A stretch of DNA of 64,000 bases, taken from assembly GCA_902625325.1 (NCBI GenBank), contig CACOAW010000002.1, positions 84,347 through 148,346 of the forward strand, read 5' to 3'. This DNA is from an uncultured Candidatus Poseidoniales archaeon (lineage in GTDB: Archaea; Thermoplasmatota; Poseidoniia; Poseidoniales; Thalassarchaeaceae). Under the pieces are notes generated by a model, which saw only the letters and a program-made list of their open reading frames with translations, was not told the origin of the DNA and searched no databases. Positions 53,979 through 62,824 of this stretch are shown here, piece by piece. The first letter of the stretch is position 1. Each line of letters starts with the position of its first letter. The position numbers and the translations under genes were made by a program.

Positions 53979-54935
53979 ATGACGGGGGATCCATACAGAA
54001 CACTCGATGTGTCCAAGGATGCTTCTGATGCAGAGATAAAGAGGGCTTACAGGAAGCTAGCCCGACAGTATCACCCCGATAGAAATCCCGGAGATGCTGC
54101 AGCAGAAGAGAGGTTCAAGTCCATTCAGTCTGCATACGAAAAGATTGGGACCGCGGAAGGAAGAAGCGAGTATGACCAGCAGAGGAGGATGGAAGAGATG
54201 TTCCAGGGTGGTAGAACGCGCTCCCCGTTCGGAGGAGGCGTGGATTTAGGTGATATTTTCTCTCAGTTTATGGGTGGCAGGGGAGCCCAACAGCCCAGTT
54301 CAGGATTCAGTTTCGATAGCTCGAACCGGGGCCCTAGAGAACCAAAGAAGACTATCAAGGGAGCAGACATCGAGGCCGGTTTGGACATCAAATTGGAACA
54401 GGCTTTGACAGGAACCGAGGTCAAATTCAGCCATAGGAGGATGCGGAGGTGCTCGGATTGCGATGGTTCCAGCTTCGGCACTTCCAGAAGATGCTCAACG
54501 TGCGGAGGAACGGGGATTCAGACAAAGGGGAGCACCATTACCGTCAAGGTTCCGAAGGGCGCTGAGCATGGCCACCAACTGCGCCTCAAGGGAATGGGTC
54601 ATGAGCACCCAGAGGGAGAGTCAGGGGACCTCCTGATTACAGTGCGCCTGGATGCTGAGGAGGGTCGGCGATGGGAGGATGGACGTTTGATCCAAGAAGT
54701 TCGAATTCCATACTCCATGCTATCATTGGGGGGGAAAGTCAGAATCACCACTCCTTCTGGGAAGAGGCTCCAGATCGAGATCCCGAAGGGGACGAAAATA
54801 GGGGACAGGAGACGTTTGCAGGGGCACGGCCATGCCGGTGGCGCACTCGACGTGGAGTTCACTCTCTCCGAGCCAGAGGAACTGTCTGAGTCGCAGGTCG
54901 AGGCACTCAACAGCCTCAGAGATGCAGGACTGTAG
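53979..54935 (+). CDS. dnaJ: DnaJ-class co-chaperone with reduced (two-motif) zinc-finger region
   Basis: J domain 'DPYRTLDVSKDASDAEIKRAYRKLARQYHPDRNPGD', a G/F-like stretch, 'CSDCDGSS' and 'CSTCGGTG', and C-terminal beta-domains. Confidence 0.8.
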   Translation: MTGDPYRTLDVSKDASDAEIKRAYRKLARQYHPDRNPGDAAAEERFKSIQSAYEKIGTAEGRSEYDQQRRMEEMFQGGRTRSPFGGGVDLGDIFSQFMGGRGAQQPSSGFSFDSSNRGPREPKKTIKGADIEAGLDIKLEQALTGTEVKFSHRRMRRCSDCDGSSFGTSRRCSTCGGTGIQTKGSTITVKVPKGAEHGHQLRLKGMGHEHPEGESGDLLITVRLDAEEGRRWEDGRLIQEVRIPYSMLSLGGKVRITTPSGKRLQIEIPKGTKIGDRRRLQGHGHAGGALDVEFTLSEPEELSESQVEALNSLRDAGL

Positions 54936-54975
54936 AGATACAATCAGTCAAATAAAGAGATTCTCGGGGTGTTGC

Positions 54976-57900
54976 ATGAGAAGTTTCGAAGGCCTAGCGG
55001 ACTATCTCATTCCTAGAAGGAAAAAGGTACACTTCCTAGTTTTGGTAGTCTCGGTTCTCATGATTCCCGGAATCATTGCCTCCTTCGAACCGATAGACAT
55101 TGAGTCCTACGACATGGAATCACCTGAACTGGAAGCGAATCAGGTCCTACGAGACGAGTTCACTGCCGCTGGCAACATCTGGGGCTTCGGGATCTTTGTC
55201 AGGGACCCAGCGTACGTAGGCGATCCTGACTCGGATGTCGACATGATCGCGGAGTACCCCGGAGTTGGAGGGGGAGTCACGGATCCCCGAGGTGGAATCC
55301 TGAACCTCACTGTCCTGAGAGAAATAGACACTGATGCTGACACTCTTCGCTCTAGCGAGATCTCCCAGTTCTACCTCCCCCTGGCCTCTGAGATATCGGG
55401 TGATCCCACCTTCGGGATACTGGACCTTGCAACAGAGTTCAGGACTTTCATGGCGAACGAGTCCTCACTGACGAAACCCAGGATAGACCCATACAAGCTG
55501 TCTGCAACCCTGGACATCGAGGCATCCACGGATCCGGCCCCGACGAATTGGAGCGATTGCGGAGAGTTGGAGTGTCTGACCTTCGATGATCCAAACCTAA
55601 CCCAGGACCACATAGACCTAGCCGCACATAGAATGGCCAACAACAGCAACGGAGCATTCCTGAGATTCCTATCCAATGACAGGGCTTTCCTACCAGATGA
55701 GGATGGATTGGTCGTAGGGCCAGTAGGACATCGAATCTCCGAGAACGGGTCACTTGTTTCAGACAACTGGGAAAGGGGACGCTGGTCGGCGTCAGCCGCA
55801 TGGCTGATCGTGAACTTCGATCGCGATGAGATGCAGAGGAACGGCTGGACCTTCACTTGGAAGAACGCAACCTCGCAGTTCGGATACGAGAGGAATGGGC
55901 TGGAGTTAGAGACCGACCCCGTACGGAACTCGGTAGAATTCTGCAGGGAGAGGGAGGCACAAGGTCAGAAGCTCTGCTCTGTCGAGTGGCTGTACCTCTC
56001 TCTCGAGGAGGACCTACGCGAGTCCGACGATTCGATCGTATCCCTGATGTTCGCTGAGGCAATCAACGTAGAAATCAACCGAGAGCTCCTCTCCAGCGCT
56101 CACCTGCTCCTCCTGATGGGAGTAGCGATCCTAGTCCTGCTCTGGGCCAGCCTCAGGAGGGTGTCAGATGTGGCGATAGTTGGTACAAGCCTGGCTCTGT
56201 CTTTGGTGTGGATGTACGGACTGATCGGCTGGGCGATAGTCCTAGGCAAGGCCACTGGATACGAGTTCATTTTCAGGTCCCAGTTCTCCAACCTGCTTCC
56301 CATACTGATACTGGCTTTGGAAATCGACGACAGCCTACACAGCCTTCACAGGTACAAGGAGGAACGCAGAGGTGGGGCTTCCTCGGAACAAGCAGTGCAC
56401 AAGGCGATCAGCAAGGTCGGCCTGGCCATCATGCTCACTTCGGTAACTACGATCGTGGCTTTCATGGCTAACATGACCTCAAGCATAGCCGCCCTCAGGT
56501 CTTTCGGGATAGAGGCGGGAATCGGGGTGTTTTGCGCCTTCTTCCTCACCGGGCTCTGGGTGCCCCTTACCAGGCTCGACATCGACAACTGGCTGGAGTC
56601 CAAGGGAAGGCTGGACGAAGAGCCACTCGATGTGGTGCACATGATACCGAGCTCCTGGCTGTCCAACCTAGCCTCCCAGTCAGCCAGATTCGCTCCCGTG
56701 GTCCTCCTTGCCTCACTGTTGCTCACTGTGCTGGCTGCCCCGATCATGCTCTCGCTGGAGGGGGACTTCCAGGTGGAGGACTTCGTGGAGGCGGACTCCG
56801 ACCTGGCAGTGGGGGTTGGCATGATCAACGACCGCTTCAGCGATGAGGGCGAGCCTGCTTACGTGCTGGTCGAGGGCAACATCACCAACCCGATGGTGAT
56901 CCAAGCGATAGAGGATGTCAGGAGGAACATGAACTCACATGGGCCCGACGACCCCGACCAGATTTCCAGGATGCCGAACGGGGACGTGGAGCTCCTAGGG
57001 GTGGACCTGCTGCTCTGGTACACCAGGGCGGCGATGGCATGGAACCAGACCCAGTTCGAGGAGGCGGGTTGGGACTTCGGGTCCGCGGACGGGGGTATCG
57101 GGTGCGAGACCGTGAACATCCCCAACAGGGAGATGGACTTCATCTACGTCCCGATAGTCGACGACAGCAAGTGCCTCTCATTCCTCTACGGGTTCATGCT
57201 GACCAGGGGGGTCCCGGCCAGCGGGGGATACCCCTCCCTATCGCCCAGCATAGTGGGCGAGTTCCTGCAGGTGGAGGGCGACCTGGACTTCGACAATCCA
57301 TGGCTGACCGAATCCGGAGACGCGGCGAGGTACCCACGGACTGCGATGAGGTACGGAATCTCCAGCCCCGAGCAGTTCTCCCTGGTAGAGCCCGCACTGG
57401 AGCAGTTGGAGGGCGACCTGTCTCCCCTCCAGAACCTCTCAACAACCCCCAATCGCGTCAGGGGCGACCTGGAGGCGACCTTCCTCGACGCAGAGAAGCC
57501 CGTGTCCTGGGCAATCCCTACGGGAGAGCCGGTGATCCGCTTCGTCGCTGCCGACTCTATGCAGGACGACCTCCAGGAAACCCTGCTTCTGGGGCTGGTC
57601 TTCTGCATTATGGCCCTCTGGTGGGGCTTCCGCGAGGAGTCCCCGCTCTCCGAGAGACTGGCTGAGCTCTCGCAGAACAAGGTTCCTACCGCATCGAAAA
57701 TCGCGATAAATTCGGTTCTGATGGCCTCGATAACCTACTTGCTCGCAGGGCCGAACTACGCTTTCGCATTCGGGCTAATAGCAGTGGGTTGCTCGTTGGT
57801 CTGGGGCACCAGGCCCCTCCTGCTGGCCACCATCACCTCAGCACCGATCTTCCTGATGATCGTGTGGCTCTATGCCATCGTGGGCCTTACCGGCTACGGG

Positions 57901-58236
57901 CTCAACATGGTCACCGTTTCTATTGCCGCGATCTCCCTGGGCGTGGGCATCGACTACGTGATCCACGTCATCGAGCGGTTCCGAGAGGAGATGGAGAAGG
58001 GAGTCGGGACGATGAAGTCGATCGAGGCGGTCGGCGGGGCGTCCGGCATCGCTCTGTTCGGGTCGGCGGTCTCCGACACAACCGGGTTCGTGATAATCAA
58101 TCAGTCAGAGATGGGCTTCTTCTCCACCTTCGGGTTGTTCTGCGCTGTGATGATCGGCCTGTCCCTGATCGCCAGCCTGATACTGGCACCAGCAGCGCTC
58201 AGGCTCGCTTACCCAGAGAGCCCGACCAGCTCATGA
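54976..58236 (+). CDS. RND-superfamily exporter (MMPL/HAE3-like, two 6-TM bundles with large extracytoplasmic loops)
   Basis: 'LPILILALEIDDSLHSLHRYKEERRGG' and 'ISLGVGIDYVIHVIERFREEMEKG' are the duplicated SSD/MMPL-type TM4 motifs. The ATG at 54976 is the first start after the dnaJ stop. Confidence 0.8.
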   Translation: MRSFEGLADYLIPRRKKVHFLVLVVSVLMIPGIIASFEPIDIESYDMESPELEANQVLRDEFTAAGNIWGFGIFVRDPAYVGDPDSDVDMIAEYPGVGGGVTDPRGGILNLTVLREIDTDADTLRSSEISQFYLPLASEISGDPTFGILDLATEFRTFMANESSLTKPRIDPYKLSATLDIEASTDPAPTNWSDCGELECLTFDDPNLTQDHIDLAAHRMANNSNGAFLRFLSNDRAFLPDEDGLVVGPVGHRISENGSLVSDNWERGRWSASAAWLIVNFDRDEMQRNGWTFTWKNATSQFGYERNGLELETDPVRNSVEFCREREAQGQKLCSVEWLYLSLEEDLRESDDSIVSLMFAEAINVEINRELLSSAHLLLLMGVAILVLLWASLRRVSDVAIVGTSLALSLVWMYGLIGWAIVLGKATGYEFIFRSQFSNLLPILILALEIDDSLHSLHRYKEERRGGASSEQAVHKAISKVGLAIMLTSVTTIVAFMANMTSSIAALRSFGIEAGIGVFCAFFLTGLWVPLTRLDIDNWLESKGRLDEEPLDVVHMIPSSWLSNLASQSARFAPVVLLASLLLTVLAAPIMLSLEGDFQVEDFVEADSDLAVGVGMINDRFSDEGEPAYVLVEGNITNPMVIQAIEDVRRNMNSHGPDDPDQISRMPNGDVELLGVDLLLWYTRAAMAWNQTQFEEAGWDFGSADGGIGCETVNIPNREMDFIYVPIVDDSKCLSFLYGFMLTRGVPASGGYPSLSPSIVGEFLQVEGDLDFDNPWLTESGDAARYPRTAMRYGISSPEQFSLVEPALEQLEGDLSPLQNLSTTPNRVRGDLEATFLDAEKPVSWAIPTGEPVIRFVAADSMQDDLQETLLLGLVFCIMALWWGFREESPLSERLAELSQNKVPTASKIAINSVLMASITYLLAGPNYAFAFGLIAVGCSLVWGTRPLLLATITSAPIFLMIVWLYAIVGLTGYGLNMVTVSIAAISLGVGIDYVIHVIERFREEMEKGVGTMKSIEAVGGASGIALFGSAVSDTTGFVIINQSEMGFFSTFGLFCAVMIGLSLIASLILAPAALRLAYPESPTSS

Positions 58237-58319
58237 GCGCTAGGGGCAGACTTCTACTCGGACGACCAGCTAGGTCACTTCTGACAAGTATTCAATATCA
58301 TTGACTCCCTAGTGAGACC

Positions 58320-58487
58320 ATGACATACAGGGCCTGCGGTAGCTGCTTCAGCATGGACGTCTACCCGTACTTAGGCTTCGAGACAGGTCGGAAGTACCAG
58401 TGCAAGGCCTGCGGCATGATATCCCCATTTGTAGTCGAATTCGAGACATTGGAGGCGCTCAAGGCGTTCAAGGAGGCCTCGAAGTAG
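58320..58487 (+). CDS. Small (55 aa) zinc-ribbon protein; too short for the supplied ORF track
   Basis: My own translation is MTYRACGSCFSMDVYPYLGFETGRKYQCKACGMISPFVVEFETLEALKAFKEASK*. It has two CxxC pairs spaced for a zinc ribbon and fills an otherwise empty gap. Confidence 0.5.
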   Translation: MTYRACGSCFSMDVYPYLGFETGRKYQCKACGMISPFVVEFETLEALKAFKEASK

Positions 58488-58500
58488 TCCTAGGTGAGGC

Positions 58501-59160
58501 CTAGTTTGCGAGTCTCCTAGCGCACTCCTCCAGGCTCTCTCCCTCATTCCTGAGATTTCTGATGTAGTTGGGGATTGACGATTTGGAAAGCTCCAGATCA
58601 CGCAAATCTCCGATCCACTCCAATTCCGTCGAGGACTTTTCGGCGTCTTCTAGGAATTCATGCACGCTCCAAACTGAGCACCCCGACCCGTCGTCACTCT
58701 GCACTTGCTTGAACCACGGAATTTCCTCAGATTCTCTACTCAAATCTTGTCTTTGCACGAATCTCACGATACAGTCTTCCTTGACGTAATTCCATCCCGC
58801 TTCCTCAAGCCAACCCTCGGCGGTCGTATCTTCGGCGCCGTGCTGGAACCAAACGAGTGCGGGTGAGTCGTAGTTTGTGACCAGAAGCCTCTTGACAGCC
58901 TCACGCGCTCTCTCGGGTGCTAGAAATAGAACGACAACCTCCGGGAAAACCCCGTCTTCGATCCTCGGTCTTATCGGAAACCCAACGATGCTGGCACCTG
59001 CATCTCTGGGATGTATGGGAACCGGGTTCCACCCCCTCTCAGACAGATCCGAAATCGCCGTGTTTGCTGGTTTTTCCGTGTTCATCCCTGCTCCGAGGAC
59101 ATGCACGAACTTGGTTTGTGAGATCAATTCCCTCAGTTGCTCAGAATCTCTCATCCTCAT
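58501..59160 (-). CDS. CoA-binding (CoA_binding_2/YccU-like) domain protein with extra C-terminal domain
   Basis: 'FVHVLGAGMNTEKPANTAISDLSERGWNPVPIHPR' and 'EVVVLFLAPERAREAV' fit the Rossmann-like CoA-binding domain. Candidate starts are ATG 59160, ATG 59154 and TTG 59166. Confidence 0.55.
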   Translation of the reverse strand: MRMRDSEQLRELISQTKFVHVLGAGMNTEKPANTAISDLSERGWNPVPIHPRDAGASIVGFPIRPRIEDGVFPEVVVLFLAPERAREAVKRLLVTNYDSPALVWFQHGAEDTTAEGWLEEAGWNYVKEDCIVRFVQRQDLSRESEEIPWFKQVQSDDGSGCSVWSVHEFLEDAEKSSTELEWIGDLRDLELSKSSIPNYIRNLRNEGESLEECARRLAN

Positions 59161-59188
59161 GCTCAACGCGATGATTAGCAGTAGGGAA

Positions 59189-59198
59189 TTTATTTAAT
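59189..59198 (-). promoter_or_regulatory. TATA-box-like element (TTAAATAAA on minus strand) ~30-35 nt upstream of the CoA-binding gene start
   Basis: The intergenic spacer is AT-rich, and the distance suits a short-leader or leaderless archaeal mRNA. Confidence 0.35.
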
Positions 59199-59201
59199 TC
59201 T

Positions 59202-59226
59202 GTATTGAAAATATAGAATTCAATAC
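59202..59226 (-). terminator. 8-bp stem hairpin (GTATTGAA / TTCAATAC) with T-rich loop just downstream of the HDAC-like gene
   Basis: Read directly. On the minus strand the loop reads TTCTATATT. It lies ~20 nt after the TAA stop at 59247-59249. Confidence 0.35.
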
Positions 59227-59246
59227 CTTTGTGATGTGTCCGAAAT

Positions 59247-60194
59247 TTAGTGGGGGCCGTACAGGGCATTTGACTCGGCAGCCGCCATAAACAAGTCGTG
59301 GAAGGCATCGACGGTATGCTCGATAGGGTCGGAGTAGCCACCGCCCATGAAGAGAACACATGGTATCCTGCGGTCCAGAGATGAGAACACCATGCCATTT
59401 CTGATTCTCATGCCATCCTGGGACACATCCAGATTCCCGAGCGCGTCATATTCGAGTGCATCAACCCCGGCTTGGAATAGGAGAATCTCAGGGGAGAAAT
59501 CTTCGATGATGGCTAGAGATTCTTTCACGGCAAGAAGGTAGCCCTCGTCCCCTGTGCCGTTTGGCAGCGGAAAATCGTGGTCACTTTTTGCCTTCCTGAA
59601 TGGGAAGTTCTTCTCACCGTGAACTGAAATGGTAATGATTCCTTCCTCACCCTCCAGTATGGTAGCAGTCCCGTCTCCTTGGTGCACATCGAGGTCCAGT
59701 ACGGCGATTCTCTCGTATGCGTGCTTGTCTCTGGCCAGCAACGCGCATATCGCAAGGTCGTTGAAAACGCAGTACCCCGATCCGAATGATCTGTGAGAAT
59801 GGTGGGTCCCTCCCGCCAAGTTGGCCGCCACCCCTCCGAAGCGAGTGACGTGCGCGAGGGCTTCCACTGCCCCTCCGATAATCCTCATTGTACGAGGCAC
59901 GAAAGCATCGGTCCAAGGCTCCAGTCCTATTCTCCTTATTTCCTTGGGATTTAGGGAACTACTCAGGAATCTTTCCACGTAATCCTGCTCGTGAGCTATC
60001 AGGAGTGTGTCCTTGTCGACAGGTTCGGGACTCAGGATTTGGATTAGTCCCGTTCCAAGTAGGTCATCGAGCCTCTCCCTGAGCAGTATGTAGCGATCCC
60101 TAGGGAATCTCGCAGACGTGTCAATGCCCTCCGTGTAGGTCTCATGGTACCATACCGGCATTGGTCGCATGGCAGAAACCCCCGAATAGGACAT
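59247..60194 (-). CDS. Histone deacetylase-family amidohydrolase (AcuC/acetylpolyamine amidohydrolase-like)
   Basis: 'GGTHHSHRSFGSGYCVFNDLAI', 'VLDLDVHQGDGT', 'GGGY'. Confidence 0.85.
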   Translation of the reverse strand: MSYSGVSAMRPMPVWYHETYTEGIDTSARFPRDRYILLRERLDDLLGTGLIQILSPEPVDKDTLLIAHEQDYVERFLSSSLNPKEIRRIGLEPWTDAFVPRTMRIIGGAVEALAHVTRFGGVAANLAGGTHHSHRSFGSGYCVFNDLAICALLARDKHAYERIAVLDLDVHQGDGTATILEGEEGIITISVHGEKNFPFRKAKSDHDFPLPNGTGDEGYLLAVKESLAIIEDFSPEILLFQAGVDALEYDALGNLDVSQDGMRIRNGMVFSSLDRRIPCVLFMGGGYSDPIEHTVDAFHDLFMAAAESNALYGPH

Positions 60195-60302
60195 AGGAGT
60201 GTTTCGGTCTCCCGTCTCGCTGCATCTTCCCGGATGACCACAATCTCAGCAGACTCCTTAGAACGGGTCTATTGATGTCCGGTACAAATGGGTCTTGTGC
60301 TT

Positions 60303-61685
60303 TCACCACAGGCCCAATGTGTCCTGTAGAGCAGTTTCCAAATCAGGGTGAAGGAACTCATAGCCTTCCTCCAGCAGCCTGTTGGGGAGCACCTTCTGAC
60401 TTTCCAGGGTAAGCTTAACCCCCATCTCTCCGAATAGTATCTTAATCACGAAACCGGGCAAGGGGGCAAATGCAGGCCTTCTCAGGACTCTGCCCAACGT
60501 CTTGGCGAAACCCTTCTGCCTGACCGGGTTTGGCGCGGTCAGGTTGTATACTCCCTTGGAACCGTTTTCCATCAGCAGGTGGTGGATGGCGTATATCTCA
60601 TCGTCGAGGGATATCCACGACATCCACTGCTTTCCATTGCCCATTGGTCCCCCGGCTCCCATCTTGAATGGCAGCAGCATCTTCCCCAGAGCGCCACCAG
60701 TTCCAGAGAGGACTATGCCAGACCTGAGGTACACGTGCCTGACTTCGTCGGGTAGGTTTGCGGATGCATCTTCCCAATCCGAGCAGACCTCCGGGAGGAA
60801 GCCCTCGCCGATCGCGCTCTCCTCAGTCAGCTCCTCGTCTCCGCGGTCCCCATACCAGCCGATAGCGCTGGCCACGATGAAGACCTCCGGCTTCTTCTTC
60901 ATCTTCGCTATTGCCTCCGAAAGCAGGGCAGTGCTATCCACTCTGGAGTTCCGGATGGCGCTCTTCCTCTTCTTGCTCCATCTCTTGTCACCAATCCCCT
61001 CTCCTCCGAGGTGGATGATGGAGTCGAAGCCCTCGAGGATTCCTCCATCCAGTTGTCCTACTGCCGGATCCCAGAAGAGCTCCTTCTTACCCTCTTGGGG
61101 GCTCCTTCTAACTAGCCTCCAGACCTCGTGGCCCCCAGTGTCTAGGAAGGCAACCAGCTGGGTGCCAATCATACCGGACGAACCGGCCACAAGGATCTTC
61201 CTTCGTGGAGAGTCGCCGAACTTTGAATGATGAGCCATGTCTCTCTTGAGGCGCAGCTCTCTGGCAGTGAACATCTGGGAAAGGCGCCTTCTGACAAGCC
61301 TCCCTCCCAGAACCCTGTCAGCCAGGTTTCCCAGAGGTCCGAAGGGGACTTGATAGCTGACCTCGTCCACGACTCTGGTCACGCCTCCCTCTTCTATGAG
61401 GTGGTGATCATGGTTCCATGACCAGAATGGCCCCTTTACCATGGTGTCAGAGAAGAAATGGGGCGGTTTGTACCCGGTGTGCTCGGCTACCCAAGTCATC
61501 TTGATCGGTCCCATGGGGAACCTGAACACTCTCTGGGATCCAACTTCCAACGAGTCATCGGCCCTGACCTCCTCGGCGACCTCCCATGGAGGCATCAGTC
61601 TGCGGAAGGACCCCTCGTGCTCGAACCATGCGAACGTCGACTCAGCGTCGGCATCCACCTCCGTCACGTGCTTGTATTGGTACAT
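60303..61685 (-). CDS. SRPBCC (START/cyclase-like) domain fused to TIGR01777/YfcH-type NAD-dependent epimerase-like SDR (DUF1731 C-terminus)
   Basis: Rossmann motif 'ILVAGSSGMIGTQLVAFL', and a C-terminal 'VLPNRLLEEGYEFLHPDLETALQD' typical of DUF1731. The N-terminal ~150 aa are SRPBCC-like. Confidence 0.7.
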   Translation of the reverse strand: MYQYKHVTEVDADAESTFAWFEHEGSFRRLMPPWEVAEEVRADDSLEVGSQRVFRFPMGPIKMTWVAEHTGYKPPHFFSDTMVKGPFWSWNHDHHLIEEGGVTRVVDEVSYQVPFGPLGNLADRVLGGRLVRRRLSQMFTARELRLKRDMAHHSKFGDSPRRKILVAGSSGMIGTQLVAFLDTGGHEVWRLVRRSPQEGKKELFWDPAVGQLDGGILEGFDSIIHLGGEGIGDKRWSKKRKSAIRNSRVDSTALLSEAIAKMKKKPEVFIVASAIGWYGDRGDEELTEESAIGEGFLPEVCSDWEDASANLPDEVRHVYLRSGIVLSGTGGALGKMLLPFKMGAGGPMGNGKQWMSWISLDDEIYAIHHLLMENGSKGVYNLTAPNPVRQKGFAKTLGRVLRRPAFAPLPGFVIKILFGEMGVKLTLESQKVLPNRLLEEGYEFLHPDLETALQDTLGLW

Positions 61686-61744
61686 GAATAAAAACCTCAA
61701 ATCTTTCTTATTTCATATGTTGTTTGATATCGGCCCTTCCTGCA

Positions 61745-62317
61745 CTAATCAAGGCTGGATTTCCATTTCCCCAATGAGGCCTCCTGGAAGTCCTCCCTTG
61801 TCAGTCGGTACCCCCAGTGTTGCAGAGACTGCCTGACGACCGGACTGATGGATTCGTCATCATAGTCACCGCCCTTCGCGATTATTCTGTTAATGAGATG
61901 GTTCCTGAACCTCCCCCTTGGACCTGCGAATGCCTTCCACCTCTTGACCTGCCGGGGGTCATCCTCTGATCTCCTACCCTTGTAGAATCTGCAATACCAT
62001 TGCACCCATCCGTAGGGATCCTGTTCGACTATCCAGCCTTTCTCTTCCCACATGTCAAGAGTAGTCCCGCACTTCACCTTGTACCGATTCCTGTTCTTGT
62101 CATACTTGTCGCTGGTGAGTAAGCTCTCGTCTAATCCATCCCACCAGTCATCGAATTCCAAGTGCTCGTTTCTAAGGTCCATCGAGGCCACGGAGGAATA
62201 AATCGGCCTCCAGTAGAACCCCCCAAAGCTACCCTCCGAGAATATCTCTCTCGGAGTCATGTTCGGCTGGAATTCTGGCCAGTCTTCGAATGAAATAACG
62301 TCGCCTATGGACCTCAT
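61745..62317 (-). CDS. Conserved-looking Trp-rich hypothetical protein
   Basis: 'GSFGGFYWRPIYS', 'KGWIVEQDPYGWVQWYCRFYKGRRSEDDPRQVKRWKAFAGPRGRF'. I cannot name the family. Confidence 0.5.
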   Translation of the reverse strand: MRSIGDVISFEDWPEFQPNMTPREIFSEGSFGGFYWRPIYSSVASMDLRNEHLEFDDWWDGLDESLLTSDKYDKNRNRYKVKCGTTLDMWEEKGWIVEQDPYGWVQWYCRFYKGRRSEDDPRQVKRWKAFAGPRGRFRNHLINRIIAKGGDYDDESISPVVRQSLQHWGYRLTREDFQEASLGKWKSSLD

Positions 62318-62377
62318 AAGGCAACCCACTAGGATGAGGTAGATTTTCTTTATGATGAGGCAAATGCATCATATCTT

Positions 62378-62740
62378 ATGCTCCCGCCCTCGTCACTCGT
62401 ACTGGCAGGTGCTGGAATGTCCCGAGAACTACTTGTGGAACTGGATAGGAAGGATGAGTACTGCATCATGAGGTTTGCTGATGGGGAGTCTTTTCGATTG
62501 GGCTATCTGAAAATACGCTCTCATTGCCAATGTGCGAAATGCAAGCCCAGACAGGAAAACGAACAGAGGAGAATAGAATTCGAGCAGGAGATAATGAGGC
62601 TCAGGTTGGAGAAGCCGAAGGCGAGTCCCGTAGGTCATTACGGAATCCAACTCGAGTGGCCAACAGGTTGCTCGAGCGGAATCCACTCTTTCTCCCACCT
62701 CAGAGAGGTTTGTGAGGAGCACGGAACAAAGTACGAATAG
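62378..62740 (+). CDS. DUF971 (gamma-butyrobetaine-hydroxylase N-terminal-like) protein
   Basis: 'FADGESFRLGYLKIRSHCQCAKC' and 'GHYGIQLEWPTGCSSGIHSFSHLREVC' fit the DUF971 pattern. Confidence 0.65.
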   Translation: MLPPSSLVLAGAGMSRELLVELDRKDEYCIMRFADGESFRLGYLKIRSHCQCAKCKPRQENEQRRIEFEQEIMRLRLEKPKASPVGHYGIQLEWPTGCSSGIHSFSHLREVCEEHGTKYE

Positions 62741-62824
62741 TCCAATACGAACACTCAAATCCTCGATTCCCCGCCGAGCCACATCGAGGTGACCGGTCTT
62801 CCCGGCCTCTTCGGTGGGGATAAC

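Noticed and set aside
54832-54975. N-terminal extension of the RND ORF overlapping the end of dnaJ
   Set aside because: The extension is Ser/Arg/Cys-rich with no membrane or signal character. The ATG at 54976, followed by 'MRSFEGLADYLIPRRKKVHFLVLVV..' (first TM), is a natural start.
57039-57680. 208-aa (+) and 164-aa (-) ORFs inside the RND gene
   Set aside because: They are Arg/Gly/Pro-rich translations typical of off-frame reading of G/C-rich coding DNA. The RND frame has clear family motifs.
58371-58601. 76-aa minus-strand ORF
   Set aside because: It overlaps both the zinc-ribbon ORF and the 3' end of the CoA-binding gene, and it has no recognisable features.
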